Shown here piece by piece: positions 49,846-62,550 of a DNA stretch of 64,000 bases; the stretch's first letter is position 1; every line of letters begins with the position of its first letter. The DNA is from Octopus bimaculoides (lineage: Eukaryota). The stretch lies in assembly GCF_001194135.2 (NCBI RefSeq), contig NC_068984.1:17985765-18049764 (forward strand), given 5' to 3'. A model generated the notes under the pieces. It saw only the letters and a list, made by a program, of their open reading frames with translations, was not told where the DNA came from and did no database searches. The position numbers and the translations under genes are program-made.

Positions 49846-51783
49846 TTAAAATTCAGCAAAATTATATCAACCTAAAAGGGGTAGGAATGTTTTGTGTGGT
49901 TAAGAAGTGTGGAAATAATTTGTTGTAGTTAAATATTGTAAAAATGCATTCCTGGTTTGAAACTTCATTGAATTCTAAACAGATGCTAAGTGTTAATTAG
50001 GCGAAATTTGTTTCCAGATTTCAGAGTCTACTCAGAATATAATCTCACACAAAATATATAGAATCATATCTTTCCTTTTCAGTTTGTCTATATAAATCAG
50101 CACAATAGCTTTGATAGTTCTTTTGTCTGCAGTAGACATGGCCTATAGTGTTTTAAAGTTGTGTAAAAGTAGTGCAGAAAAATGATGTCTAACTTTAAAC
50201 GAACATATCAGGAGAAAAATAATAATCTTTGATGCAGCTGACAACTTTTTTTGAAAATAATGGCTACTGATTATTAGCACACCTAAGTGATTGTTGGCAA
50301 TAAATTTGATACTTAATGAGAACCAAACCCCCAGAAATAATAGTGGGTCCAGGAGATAAATTTTGTTCCCAGACATCCTTTTAATAAAAAACATTTTCTT
50401 CTCAACCTATTTTGTCTAAACAGACAATAGCTTGCATGCAGATTCTTTGTAGACTGTTGAATTATGTTATATATTACTGCTGGTAGAGACTATTTACTGA
50501 TAATATTTTGTAAAATTTCTTCTATTTATAAACGAATATGTTAATGATTATTACTACCCAGTATTATGTTGTCTGAATATTCAATGTAAGTTACACATAA
50601 GTAATTGTTTTATTCTTAGTATCGTATAATGTATGTGCATGTGTTTATGCAGAGATCTACAAATAGCATAAACCATTAAAGTGTGGTGACCTCTTTCTTC
50701 TGTTTTGCACAGTTAAAGAGCAACTGTTTAAACTTTCACTGGCTTTAGTTTTCGGACTGCGAGTCTGTTGGGACACCACCTCGGGAGGTTTTAGTCCTGT
50801 ATAACAACTTTAGTTCTGAATTAATTCTGTTACATACTTTAACATTCTCCATTCATTGAGTTGCTCAGTTACATCATTGATATACAAGGACACAATTTGA
50901 GATGGTGGCAAACATAATTCTTCACAATCACACACTAGGCTTCTGTACAGTTTTCATCTACTAAATTCCTCTGACAAAGCCTTGATCAACCTAAGACTAC
51001 AGTAGAAGATAATGTACAATGAGACCACACATAGTTGCAAAACAAAGTTCTTCCATCACATGGCTATGCCTGTGCTTCAATAAAATTACAATTTCTTTAT
51101 TTTTGCTTTTCGCTCTGATTTAATTTTTTTTTTTTTAGCATCAACATGTGTATAAGTATTCATGCTCTATATTTCTAAATTAATATGGCTAACATATGTG
51201 TGTTTAGTAACACTTATTAATTGTAACTGGGTACACAAGATGGCTGCTTCATTCTACTGTAGATATGGCATCTAGCTCAAACAGCCTTTCAAGCACCAAA
51301 CACTTGTATCTAGACTAAAGATTAACAATTTTATTGTTGGAATAGTTATTCTTTTACTTCTGCTCATTTTGATATAACCATATAATACAAATTAATGCAG
51401 TACAATTTTTATTTATTCTTGAGAAAGATGAACTGATGTTTTTTTAGCTGTTCCTTTTAAAATAATTTTTAAAATTATTGAAGAAGTAAAAAAGAAAATA
51501 TGAATTAAATGTGACAAGACTCTTGGGAATGTTTGCTGTAAACAATCCTAAATAATCTTGCTATTTTCAACACATTTCTGTAAACCAGCTTGCCAACTGG
51601 CTCAGGTGCGCATGGGAACTAAGTTGACCTTCCTTTCTTGAAAGAAACAAAAAAACAACCAGGTAAATAGTTGTGAACACCAAATCTCTCTTACATGTGA
51701 AGAACATGTCAACTTTCTATGGATTAGTATTTAGAAATGTCAGGTTGAGGAACAAGATTAAGAAATGAATCATGAAGTTGAAC

Positions 51784-52107
51784 GATCTCATTAAGTAAAA
51801 TTTCTTATTAGCACCAGAAAATACCTGTTTAAATAGAGAGGAATAGGAAGCTACAGAGTTTACAGAAGACTTGTATACTCCTAAGAGACAACCTTCTACA
51901 AGACACTGTCTAATTCCATATATGTGGGATAGAATTCTTGCTTGGAAGATCTCATTAAGCGAAACTTCTAATTAGCACAGATGACATCTAATTTAACAGA
52001 AAAGAGTAGGAAGATATGGAGCTAATAGATTGTGTCCTAAGAGACAACCAGCTACATGACACTGACCGATTTTATATATGTAGAGCAGAATTCTTCTCTA
52101 GATTGAA
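51784..52107. repeat. Diverged tandem duplication, ~164-bp unit x2
   Basis: gatctcattaag at 51784 and 51948; cctaagagacaacc and agaattctt recur in register. Confidence 0.8.
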
Positions 52108-52514
52108 GTTGCTTAATAGAACTTTGCAATTTTTCTTTGTCATAAGAAAGATATGCTTAAGGTTTTCCTAATTCAAGGCATTATATTCAATGTCATTGGG
52201 TGAGAATTATGACTAAAATGATGCTGTACTCATTCGCACTGCCAACCTCAATCATAACGAAGAGAGATAAATAGGTGATGTATTGAAGACCTTCGTAAAT
52301 GAACTGGTGCAAGTGCCAGCTGTAGAGGTTAATTGAGTGTTAGTTTGATAATTAAAGAAGTGAGGACTGGCTGGAAGAGCCACTGGTCTATCCATGACAG
52401 GTTGAATACATTCAGCACTGTAGGTCTTATATATGTTATATACATACTTAATTAGAAATGGTTATGATATTCTCAGTGACTGAAATAACTGTCATTATAA
52501 GCTGCTGTATGCAA

Positions 52515-52740
52515 AGCAACAAGCTGGCAGAAACGTTAGCACGCTGGGCGAAATGCTTAGAGGTATTTCATCTGTCTTTATGTTCTGAGTTCAAATTCTG
52601 CTGAGGTCGACTTTGCCTTTCATCCTTTTGGCGTCAATAAATTAAGTACCAGTTGCATACTGGAGTCAATCTAATCAACTGGTCCCCTCCCTCCCCAAAA
52701 ATTTCGGGGCCCTATGCCTAGAGTAGAAAAGATTATAAGG
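52515..52740 (+). mobile_element. SINE family B
   Basis: aagctggcagaaacgttagcacgctgggcg..gaggtcgactttgcctttcatcc..aagtaccag. Confidence 0.9.
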
Positions 52741-53027
52741 TGTTGTATGTACAAAGCTGATTCACAAGATGAAGTGAAGATTTGTAGGGTGGGGGTAAAT
52801 AAAGTGGACCTTGGACTGACTCATGGTAATTGAGGCCAATCAGTGCAAACAGACCCAACTAGAATTAGTTCAGATAAAATTTTGTTTTGCATTATACTAG
52901 GTCAGGCGATCACCTACCAAAAACTATGTCCATTTAATACTTTCATTGTAGAATGAACGTTAAAACAACAATGAAAATGATTGTGTAATTGTGTGGGAAA
53001 ATAACAAACTTTATGATCTCTTCAATC

Positions 53028-53217
53028 CGTATCGGGACAATTACCCCAATAAGACAGTTACCCCCCAGGACAATTTCCACTGACAACTACCCCCTAGGAC
53101 AATTATCTCCCTTGGTTAATTACCCACTCTCCAATACATTAAGAATTTTTAAAATCATCATCTGTTGTCCTCAGGAGTAATTGTCCTTCGGGTGGGGTGG
53201 GGTAAATGTCCTAGACT
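53028..53217. mobile_element. MULE-type MITE with a 9-bp TSD
   Basis: TSD tcttcaatc at 53019-53027 and 53218-53226; inverted ends ggacaattacccc / ggggtaaatgtcc; internal repeats of ggacaatt. Confidence 0.8.
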
Positions 53218-53239
53218 TCTTCAATCAAGAAGTAAAAGG

Positions 53240-53820
53240 CACAAGGCCAGTAATTTTAGGGAGACGGGGTGAGTTGATTACATCGACCCAGTGCTCAAAC
53301 TGGTACTTATTTTAATGACTCCCAAAAAAGGGAAAAGCAAAACTGACCTTGGCAGAATTTGAACTCAAAATGTAAAGGTGGATGAAATGCTAGTAAGCCT
53401 TTCGCCTGGCAGAGTAACAATTCTGTCAGCTTGCCACCTTAAGGTTTTCTTTTGTTCTGTTACTTGTTTCAGTCATTTGAATGCGGCCATGCTGGAGCAC
53501 TGCCTTTAGTTGAACAAATCGACCCCCAGGACTTATTCTTTGTAAGCCTAGTATTTAATCTATCGGTCTCTTTAGCCAAACCGCTAAGTTATGGGGATGT
53601 AAACACACCGACATTGGTTGTCAAACGATGGGGGGGGGGAGAACACAGACACATATACACGTGTATATATATAATATATATATATACATATACACACACA
53701 CACAACAGGCTTCTTTCAGTTTCCGTCTACAAAATCCACTCCCAAGGCTTTGGTCGGCCACACAGTAGGACTGAACCCAGAACCATGTGGTTGAGAAACA
53801 AGCTACTTACCACACAACCA
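53240..53820 (-). mobile_element. SINE B (53240-53440) followed by SINE A (53450-53820)
   Basis: Reverse complements of the B and A consensus motifs. Confidence 0.85.
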
Positions 53821-54918
53821 CAGTACAGATTCATCCAAATAACGTTATGGAAACAAAATGATTAAAAAAAGGAAGACACTAATTAGGAGAAAATGAAGAG
53901 AATAAAAATATTGTGCTTAGTATTTAAACAAGTTTATAAATCCCAATTAAATAACCCCAGACTTTGAGGACATCACCCCCTCCATCTGACCATTGTTTTA
54001 TTTCTTGAAGTTATCATTTCAGTATTTACATCAATATCTGCTGCAGCACTTCAATTTAACTTTGAAGAAAAATGATTCTATTGTTTGTTTGTTTGTTTTG
54101 TTTTTTCCACAAGAAAAGTTTGTAGCAAGCTATTAATTATTTATTATAAAGACAGTTTTGTAATGTTGGTTTGCTACTGAAGCAGACTGTATTTTGAGTG
54201 ATAGAAAAATGTTATTTTAATAAACAGCTATCAATGACCACATATTGAGAAGATAACAAGCTACTTACTTGGTTGTTTACAGTCGTGCTGTTTAAGCAAA
54301 CATTCATAAGAAGCTTACTGGCTCTTTTACTACCTCAGCTTGAAAAATATGTTAGCATGCCTCTGCTGTGCGATTCATCATTAATTCACATATTAGCTAG
54401 TAGAAGCTGCTTCCATGACTTTAAAATGCTGTTAGTGATGTATACAGCAACACTTAAGGCACTGGAAGCTTATTCAGTTATAACAGGAGAGATCATTATT
54501 TTAATACTTTCGCATCCAATTTTCCTTGTTTGCATGAATTGTTGTAGTAACCACAGCTGAATGCTTTTGCTAATATCAACACTTTAATTGTAAAAGGAGT
54601 GGAGTGGGATCTCAGGCTATTTAAAGTAAATCAAGTAATTTGTTTTATTCTGGATAATAGTAGAATGCCATTAAAAACTTTTGACCTTCAAGACTTTTTG
54701 TTTTTTTGTGTGATCAGTAATGTAGACAGCTGCCTATTTATTTTTTCTTGAAATTTCAAATGTTCTGTATTGATAATATTTCACATTAACCCTTCGTTCT
54801 TTTTAGATTTATTTTTTCTTTCAGAGAGTTATTTTTTTAATAGTTGAATATTGTTTCTTTTTTTTATCTTATCAATATGTATTTGTTTATTTGTGAGCAA
54901 AATAATCAAAGCTTATAT

Positions 54919-54986
54919 TATTTTCTTTAATTTTAGGTAAGTAACTAACTTAGTGACTAAGAACCATACCTGAAAATATTGTAAGT
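54919..54986 (+). other. Candidate recursive splice site with an RS-exon (54937-54980)
   Basis: tattttctttaattttAG|GTAAGT at 54935-54942; second GTAAGT donor at 54981; stop codons in all 3 frames of the 44-nt segment. Confidence 0.4.
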
Positions 54987-56490
54987 ATGTTACACAAATT
55001 TTAATTCATCATATAGATTCTTGTAATTACAAGTGTGCAGAGAAAAATGTCCTTCCCAAATTTTATATTAGATAGGTTTTTTCCCCTACCTTTTCCATTG
55101 CATCAGAGCAACTAATTTCTCTTGTATTTAGTTCTGTTATCAATAGCTCTGAGTATATATATCAGTGTACTTTATCAGCATAGCCACGTTTTATAGAATG
55201 CTATATTAAACTATACTGTTCAAGGTTTTAGTTAGATTACTAAAATAGAGCTCAATATACATAATAACAGATTGTTGATAAAAAAAAAAATGAAACAACA
55301 AAAAAAACTAATACCTTAAATGTTATTTTTTTTCTAGGTTTATATCTTTGTGTCTTCTGTACAAATGTTGTTTATAAATATTAATATGGTATCTTGTGAG
55401 AGATGTTATGCATTAGCAATCATTTAGCTTGTAGAAACAGTCATAGACTGATGGAATATAATCCAATTTATGTGACTTATTGAGAGGTCTTTTTACATTC
55501 TGAGAAAAGTTGCATACTAAATGATCTAACTGCAGATAAAGGCAAGGCTCTTGGAATTAGAAGGTTGTTTTTTTTTGTTTTGTTTTTGTTTCTAAAGTAC
55601 AATTGTGAATGAAAATAATCATTAACAGACATCTCTGTCAGCAATATTGTTGCCATTATTGTCAGTTTATAAGTTTGAAAAGGATACTAAGGCATTATGA
55701 CAGATAAAGCACTATAGATTCGTTCTTCAAAAATCTTCAGAAATGGCTTAGCTACAAAAGCAGCTACTAAATTTTCTTCATCTAATACAGAAAAGATCAT
55801 AAAAATTCTTGAGATAATTGATTTCTAGGCACGTTTATGGTATAAATTTAGGTTCCATATATATCTAAAAACTCTTTTTTTCCTCTGAAGTCACTATATT
55901 TGGTATCTTTATTTAAAAATTATTTTTTTGTTTTCCTATTTTCACCTAGTCTCACTCAGCAAGGGATGAAATGGAGTCATTCTCATTCAAAATGAATTAT
56001 ACCAACTCGTTCCATTTTTCCATTACCTTCCATGACAAAACCCCTGACTCTTCAGAGAGAGTTGGCATTTCTTTCGTGTCAGAATCTTATATTAATGCTT
56101 GCTTCAGCTTTCATGGGTTCAACTGGACACCTTCTTATCACACCTCCTGCTACAATCCACTTTCTGACTACACATGCAAACTTTTGAAGATGTATATCAT
56201 TTAAGATAACTTTTTGATCAGACATATCTCTCCATAACATTGACTAATCATAGCAGAAAATAGACATCACACTTGAATTATAGAACACAAGCCATTCTTT
56301 AAATCTCACATTCTTCACAACAAATCTTTCATCACATTACACCATTCAGAGCATAGGTATGCGAGGGAAGATTTATTCACCTTTCATATCTTGGTTGCAA
56401 ATATTCTGAAAGGCAAAAATTATTTTGCTCTCTTACATGGTCTAACAGCTTTACTTTTCTCTTAATTACAAACGTATATGTCTCCATTAA

Positions 56491-56707
56491 CCCTTTAGCA
56501 TTTAGCATTATTACTCTGCCACATGTAATGCTTACATATCCACATTGTTTTGAATTAATCATGTATTATCTTGTAGCTTTGACATTTCAATGATGTAATT
56601 ATTTGTCCTTAGAATGACATTGTAGAGTAGGTGTAAGAGGCTGAATCTGACCAGTTTGAATATGAAATAAGTGGAATATTCGGGCTGGATGTCTAAATGC
56701 TAAAGGG
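56491..56707. mobile_element. piggyBac-type MITE
   Basis: TTAA|ccctttagcattta .. taaatgctaaaggg|TTAA (TTAA at 56487-56490 and 56708-56711). Confidence 0.9.
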
Positions 56708-57949
56708 TTAATTCTTCAGTCTTTATGGCTATTTCAGTATTATAATACACATCACAGACCTAATTTCTTCTCGCTTTGCTTTGCAATTCTATTGTTCATC
56801 TTTAAAAATAAATATTGTATCCAAACCTGCAATTAAACAGATCACACGATATTTTTTTTATTCATAGCCTTGTGATCTCTCCTATAAACCCCAATCTGCT
56901 ATTAAGTGAAATCTGCATTAAAAAAAAACAAAAAAAACCCTATTGTATTTCATTATTGAATCTTGTTTTCATAATGTAGACCTGCGAAGCTGTCCCAGTT
57001 GCCAAAATATTAATTCAAATTCAAAGAAATATTAAGCAAACACTCTCTCACAAATCACCTCCATTCTTTTACCCATTATGAACCTTCTCTCTCTCCCCCA
57101 ACACTTTTTCTTGGTTTCATCCTTCTTACTTTGTCATTCTCCCTCCTTCTCTGTCTGCCTCCACCATCACATTATTTAGATAACAACTGTTTTGTTTTCT
57201 GAAGCAGCCTGCTTTATGAAATTTCTGCTTAAACATTGTCAGGTACTGTCATAGTCATATCTTAAATAAACCACCCCTGCTATTCAACCTTGCCCTCTGT
57301 TATCTCTCTCTTTCTCTATCTCTCTTTCTCTCTCTCTCTCTCTCTCTCACCTTTTTGACACACTACTTCAAACAAAGTAAACTAAACCATAACATTGTCA
57401 ATCTTAACTAAACAAACACTCTGTCTCTTCTGCAAGTCTCTATAATGTTATTGCCTCTGTTCTTTTCTGGAAGTTTCTGTGCTTCCACTGATTCTGTTCT
57501 ATCAGTTCAATAAAAGTTTCTATGGCGCCATTGGTTCTGTTCTTACTTTTTAGATTAAGACAAAATTTCAATTCAACCAACCATAAAGTCTGAGTTGTGC
57601 ATTTATAGTACACTTGTCATATTACATTTAATTGCTCAAACCATGACACAGGTAAGGCTGTGTGGATTAAGAAGTTCACTTCACTGCTACATAGCTTTGG
57701 GCTGTTCCCACTGCATTCTATCTTTATCATCTTATACTGTATTCTCAGGTTGCTTGATGCCTTATTAATGAACATTTGTAGTCAAGCTGCTTGGGTGCTT
57801 GATGTGTGCTGTTGAAAAATATACTCAAGTAGCTAAATAATTGCTGATAAATTTGTGCTGAACACAAATATCCACCAGATTTGCCCAGACATTTTGTATT
57901 TCTTGTGGTTGGCTGATTCAAAACCAATAATCAACACATGATTATCGTC

Positions 57950-58315
57950 TATCTTTTGCTTGTTTCAGTCATTAGACTGCAGCCATGCTGTGGCACCTCC
58001 ACCTTGAAGAATTTTTATTCAGATGAATCAACCCCACTATTTATTTTTACAAGCTTGTTACTTATTCTATCAGTCTTTTGGTGAACTGCTAAGTTACAGG
58101 GGACGTAAACATATCAGCAGCAGTTGTCAAACAGTGGTGAGGATCAGACACACACTCACACATCATGCTTCTTTCAGTTTCCATCTACCAAATCCACTCA
58201 GAAGGCTTTGGTCAGCTCAAGGCTATGGTAGTTGCCCAAAGTGTCACACAGTAGGACAGAGCCCAGAACCATGCAGTTGGGAAGCAAATATCTTAGCATA
58301 CAGCCATGCCTTCAC
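57950..58315 (-). mobile_element. SINE family A
   Basis: tgtttcagtcattagactgcagccatgctg..ttcagtttccatctaccaaatccactc..cccagaaccatg. Confidence 0.8.
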
Positions 58316-58993
58316 CTATTGTCAAAAAAGAAAAAAAAAGGGGGGGACATATCTTCCATACTGTAGTTTGTGTAAAGTTTGTATTGATGGAATTATGAGC
58401 AAAAGCTTTGACATCTGATAACACTTTTAAAATGAAACAAGTGAAACAGTTTCAACTTAATAAGGTTGATTATACATAATCAATGGTGCTTTATACATTA
58501 AGTTGCATGGAGAATTTATTGAAGAGTCATAAAATATGAAAGATGGCTTTAATTATCCCAAATAACTTTTATTATTCATACATGGTCTCAGACATGTCTT
58601 AAAAGTGGAGACATCTTGGTTTCACTTAGATTTCATGTCGTATTGAGTGAAATGAAATTTGGTTAGTTGTTGCTCAGCCCTGGCCTGTCCTGATGAAGCA
58701 ACACCTATGATTAAAGACATTCTAGTCATGACCACCTTTGTCTTTTCTGGTATAACACATCTAAGACTACATTATTGAATATATCCTTGCTATTTGGTCA
58801 AGTAGTTAGGGTGTTGGCTCATCATAAATATATTGTCAGTGATCAACCCTTGGCTGAAGTCTTGTCTTGTTTCCTTGAGCAAAGTGCTTCATTTCATGAT
58901 GCTGCAGTTGACTCAGCTGAAAGTAAGTAGGAACCAATTACTGGTGCAACCCTCTCTCTATCTTGTAGTGACATCTTCGATGTTCCAGTAGAT

Positions 58994-59269
58994 CAGTAGT
59001 TCCCAAATGTTTTTGGGCTGCCACCCTCTTGACACGCAGGGCGCATTCCTAGCACCCTCATCCCAACTAACCATTACAAATATAGACCTCTTTCTGAAGC
59101 AAATTCGATGCCACTGTATTTAACAAATAAAACTTAACCTAATGAACCCATTATTTACTTGTTTTTACATGAATAGCTATCCCATTATCACCCCACTTTT
59201 TACATGAATCGCTACCCCATTATTGCCCCACATTTCTTCAACACCCCCTAGGAGCTTTGGGAACTACTG
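58994..59269. mobile_element. hAT-type MITE with an 8-bp TSD
   Basis: Perfect 14-bp terminal inverted repeats cagtagttcccaaa/tttgggaactactg; TSD cagtagat at 58986-58993 and 59270-59277. Confidence 0.92.
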
Positions 59270-59573
59270 CAGTAGATGAAAGGTGGGCAGGGTGAGGAGG
59301 AGTCTGTCTGCTTATAACTACATAAACATGAAAGACAATTAGCAAAAGCATGGTACATATTACCAGGTCATGCTTGCAAGTGAAAGCCTTGTTTGTTTTT
59401 TTTGCTTTGTTTTGTTCTTTTCTTTTTTTTTTTTGAAGATATCAGGATGTGATTTGAGAAGTTTGGCTGTTATTTCAGCTCAAACAACCATATAATTCTT
59501 TTAGAAATGAAAATGAGGTGTATCTAATTATTCATTGTAATTATTTTGATTGATTTATTTTTCTCTCTCTCAG

Positions 59574-59621
59574 CATTTTCAATCAGATTTTATTTTATAT
59601 CATGCATATCTTTGTTGGAGA
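59574..59621 (+). other. Candidate 48-nt cassette exon
   Basis: tttttctctctctcAG|..48 nt, open in all frames..|GTaaga. Motif only. Confidence 0.3.
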
Positions 59622-61099
59622 GTAAGACAACTATGATATTCCCGTGGCTTTGATTTCTAAAACGCATTTTAATATTGAATAAAGATTAATTTAAAACATA
59701 AGTTATAAACTTCTTGGTTTGTGAAAACTTGAATTTATTGATGTTTCCTCAGCAAATAACATTGACCTTCAAGATCAGTATAGTATGTGGTGCTCAATAT
59801 TTTGTCTGATTGAAAATAGCTTCGAAATTTCTTAGAGTTAAAACTTTGACCTGTAGGATATTAAGCAACAATTTTAGTGAAGTTAGTGTTAATGTATTTA
59901 ATGCCAAGAGCATTGCAAGGCTAATGGATTATGTGGTTAGAAGGAAAAAAGAAAATGAACACTGTTAGAAACAATATTAGACTAATATTATTTTAACTAT
60001 TTTCTGAGGTCAAATAAAGAGATAACTTTGGACATGTTTCAGTCCTTGTCACTTCATCAGCAGTAAATGTACAAAATCAGTTGAAATAAGTAAAAAAAAA
60101 AGTGTCCTTTAGAAATAAATAATTTAGAATACATCCAGCAGCAACAGTAAATTTAGGTCTGAAACTATGAGTGAAGCTTAAGCTTTTTTTGTTATTTTGA
60201 TTTTGATTTTGATTTTTTAAAATCTTTTTCTTCTAGAATTATCTATTCTATTCTAGTTTGACAAATGTATCTCGTGTGAGATGTACATTTTTTTCTAATG
60301 AAAGTAATCACTGTATTGTATAGAAATTCCTTCTAAAATACTTATTGAAATGTTACTAAATTTTCTTGAAGTGTTCATATTTTATGTATTCAATGTAGTG
60401 CATAGAATATACTCCACAGAAAAAGTTTTGATCAGTCATCGTGAGTTTCATAGATTATAGATATTCCAAAGAAATAAATGTTAGCAAATTCTTCAGTTGT
60501 TGCTCGGAGTTGATTAATTTAATTTTTTTTCTTCAAATATTTAAATAGAAAATTTGCAACACACTCACCAGTAAAAATAAAATACATTTACCTTCATTTA
60601 TCACAGGGGTTTGGTTCCCACCAAAATACAGTAATAAATGAATCTTCACCACACACTGTAAATTAACAAATGGTAGATAGATTCATTGACACCAAACTTG
60701 TGGCCACTGTCATATATGTTCTTGATCATCTCTACCCTTTTCTGTTTAGAATACACTCATCTACATTGTTTGTTAGGATCAGGTACTTTCATAGATTTTT
60801 GGTCATGGGTCTCTTATTGATGGATACTAGTATGTAAATCCATATAAAAAATATGCAGTATCACAGCACAGTCTTGTAAATACAATCAGTAATCAGGGAA
60901 TTCTGGGTAGCTAAGCATTGTGGGTAGTTGCTGGGGTGAGGTTTTGCTGTTCAAGCAAAATCTTTGCCTGATTGCTGACCCATGTTATCACAGATCAATC
61001 TACAGTAAACATAACATGGGTTCACAATTGATTGTAGCATTTTATCCCATATAAGTGTTAAATGAATCAGTGATAAATGAGGCTAACCACAGTGCCTGG

Positions 61100-61380
61100 T
61101 ATCCTAAAGCCATGGTGCTACATAAAAAGTGCTGGTGGTAGTGTGCTGTAAAATGCGCTGGTGCTGGTACCACTTAAAAAGCACTGGTGTTGGTGACATG
61201 TAAAATGCACCCAGTACACTCTGTAAAGTGGTTGGCATTAGGAAGGGCATCCAGCTGTAGAAACTACATCAAAACAGACTATGGAAACTAGTGTGACCCC
61301 CTGGTCTTGCCAGCTCCTGTCCTGTCATCCAATCCATGCCAGTATGGAAAATAAATGTTAAATGATTATGATGATGATAA
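61100..61380 (+). mobile_element. RTE 3'UTR copy (family C) with a ~26-bp minisatellite
   Basis: Four ggtg(c)..taaaaa..gc(a)ctggtg units, then gcacccagtacactctgtaaagtggttggc..gatgatg. Confidence 0.85.
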
Positions 61381-62494
61381 TGTCAGGTAATAAATTTGTT
61401 TGTAATTCATGAAAATTTAGAGTTGTTTTCTCTACTACAATTTACAGCTGGTTGATTGTTTATGTAAAAGATCAGCGATAATATAATGTTTGATAATGAT
61501 ACTGCATCAGCCATTGAGTCATTAATGCTTTTAAGATTTTCTCCTCGTTTAGTAGTGATTCAATGGAGTGCTTTCTCATTTCTCTTAAACACCCATGAGA
61601 GGATTCAGCACCAACTGCTAATGACATGCAGTGTCTATGACCTTTGTAGGCCTTCCCATCCAGAAAACCAGTGGCAGAGGAAGAAGAGGTGAAGTGTCGG
61701 ATGGTGGTGGCAGTGGGTGGGTGGAATCTAGTTTGAATGTCTGTAACAGTGAATTTTATTAAAGACAATTATGGATACACAGGTTAATTAATTATACAAT
61801 AGTTGTATTTGAAACATATTTTTGTATTTGAGACAGTTTTTGAGCATGAATCTACTATATGTATTAACATGGTAGACTGCGTCAATGAAAGCTACATATT
61901 TTTGTCAAGGGCATTGCAAAATTCTAATGTGGACAGAGTTTCCAACTTTCTATTTGTATGCTGGCATCATATTGACTTCACTAATTGTAGCTTTCTTTGA
62001 ATGATATGAAGCATGTTTCCCATAACCTCTGATCTGTCTCCGACTTCTACCACACCATCTGCTACCAATAATTGTACCCTTTCAGCATATGGTATTTTGC
62101 TTCATTCAGTTAAATGACTGGTTATGTTTGAATGTTTGGTTCACCATGCCAAACAATAATAGCTGGGTATATAATATTATTATCTTGCTTAATAGAAACT
62201 TTTTGTTTGGAACACAGAAAAGGCCCACAAGCCTCTGCATATAATTAGTCTAACAAGAATGCAGTATTAAAAAGATGAAACACTTTCACTACAAAATGGG
62301 AATTATCTAACTCTTCCACCCCACCCCATCCTCCCAAAAACTCAATTGTTTTTCATTGGAAAATTTGTCCTTCAAAAGGCTTAAAGCTTCTTCTGATGGA
62401 TTTCATATTTATTCCATCAGCAAAACTCAAAAATTTCCTCTGCATCCATTTTTATTCCCCTCTAAATAGTTTCTTTTCATCAGTTAATGATTTA

Positions 62495-62550
<56 letters not shown>

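Noticed and set aside
54273-54560. 95-aa + strand ORF in unique sequence
   Set aside because: No recognisable domain or good donor; several ORFs of this length are expected by chance.
59445-59480. Family D motif ggatgtga..tttggctg resembling the 7SK 5' end
   Set aside because: Short, degenerate, internal to a multi-copy repeat; no other 7SK motifs.
62118-62142. miR-190-like (ggttatgtttgaatgtttggtt); also miR-315-like (32285) and miR-29-like (33661) strings
   Set aside because: Seed or body mismatches and no complementary star arm forming a precursor.
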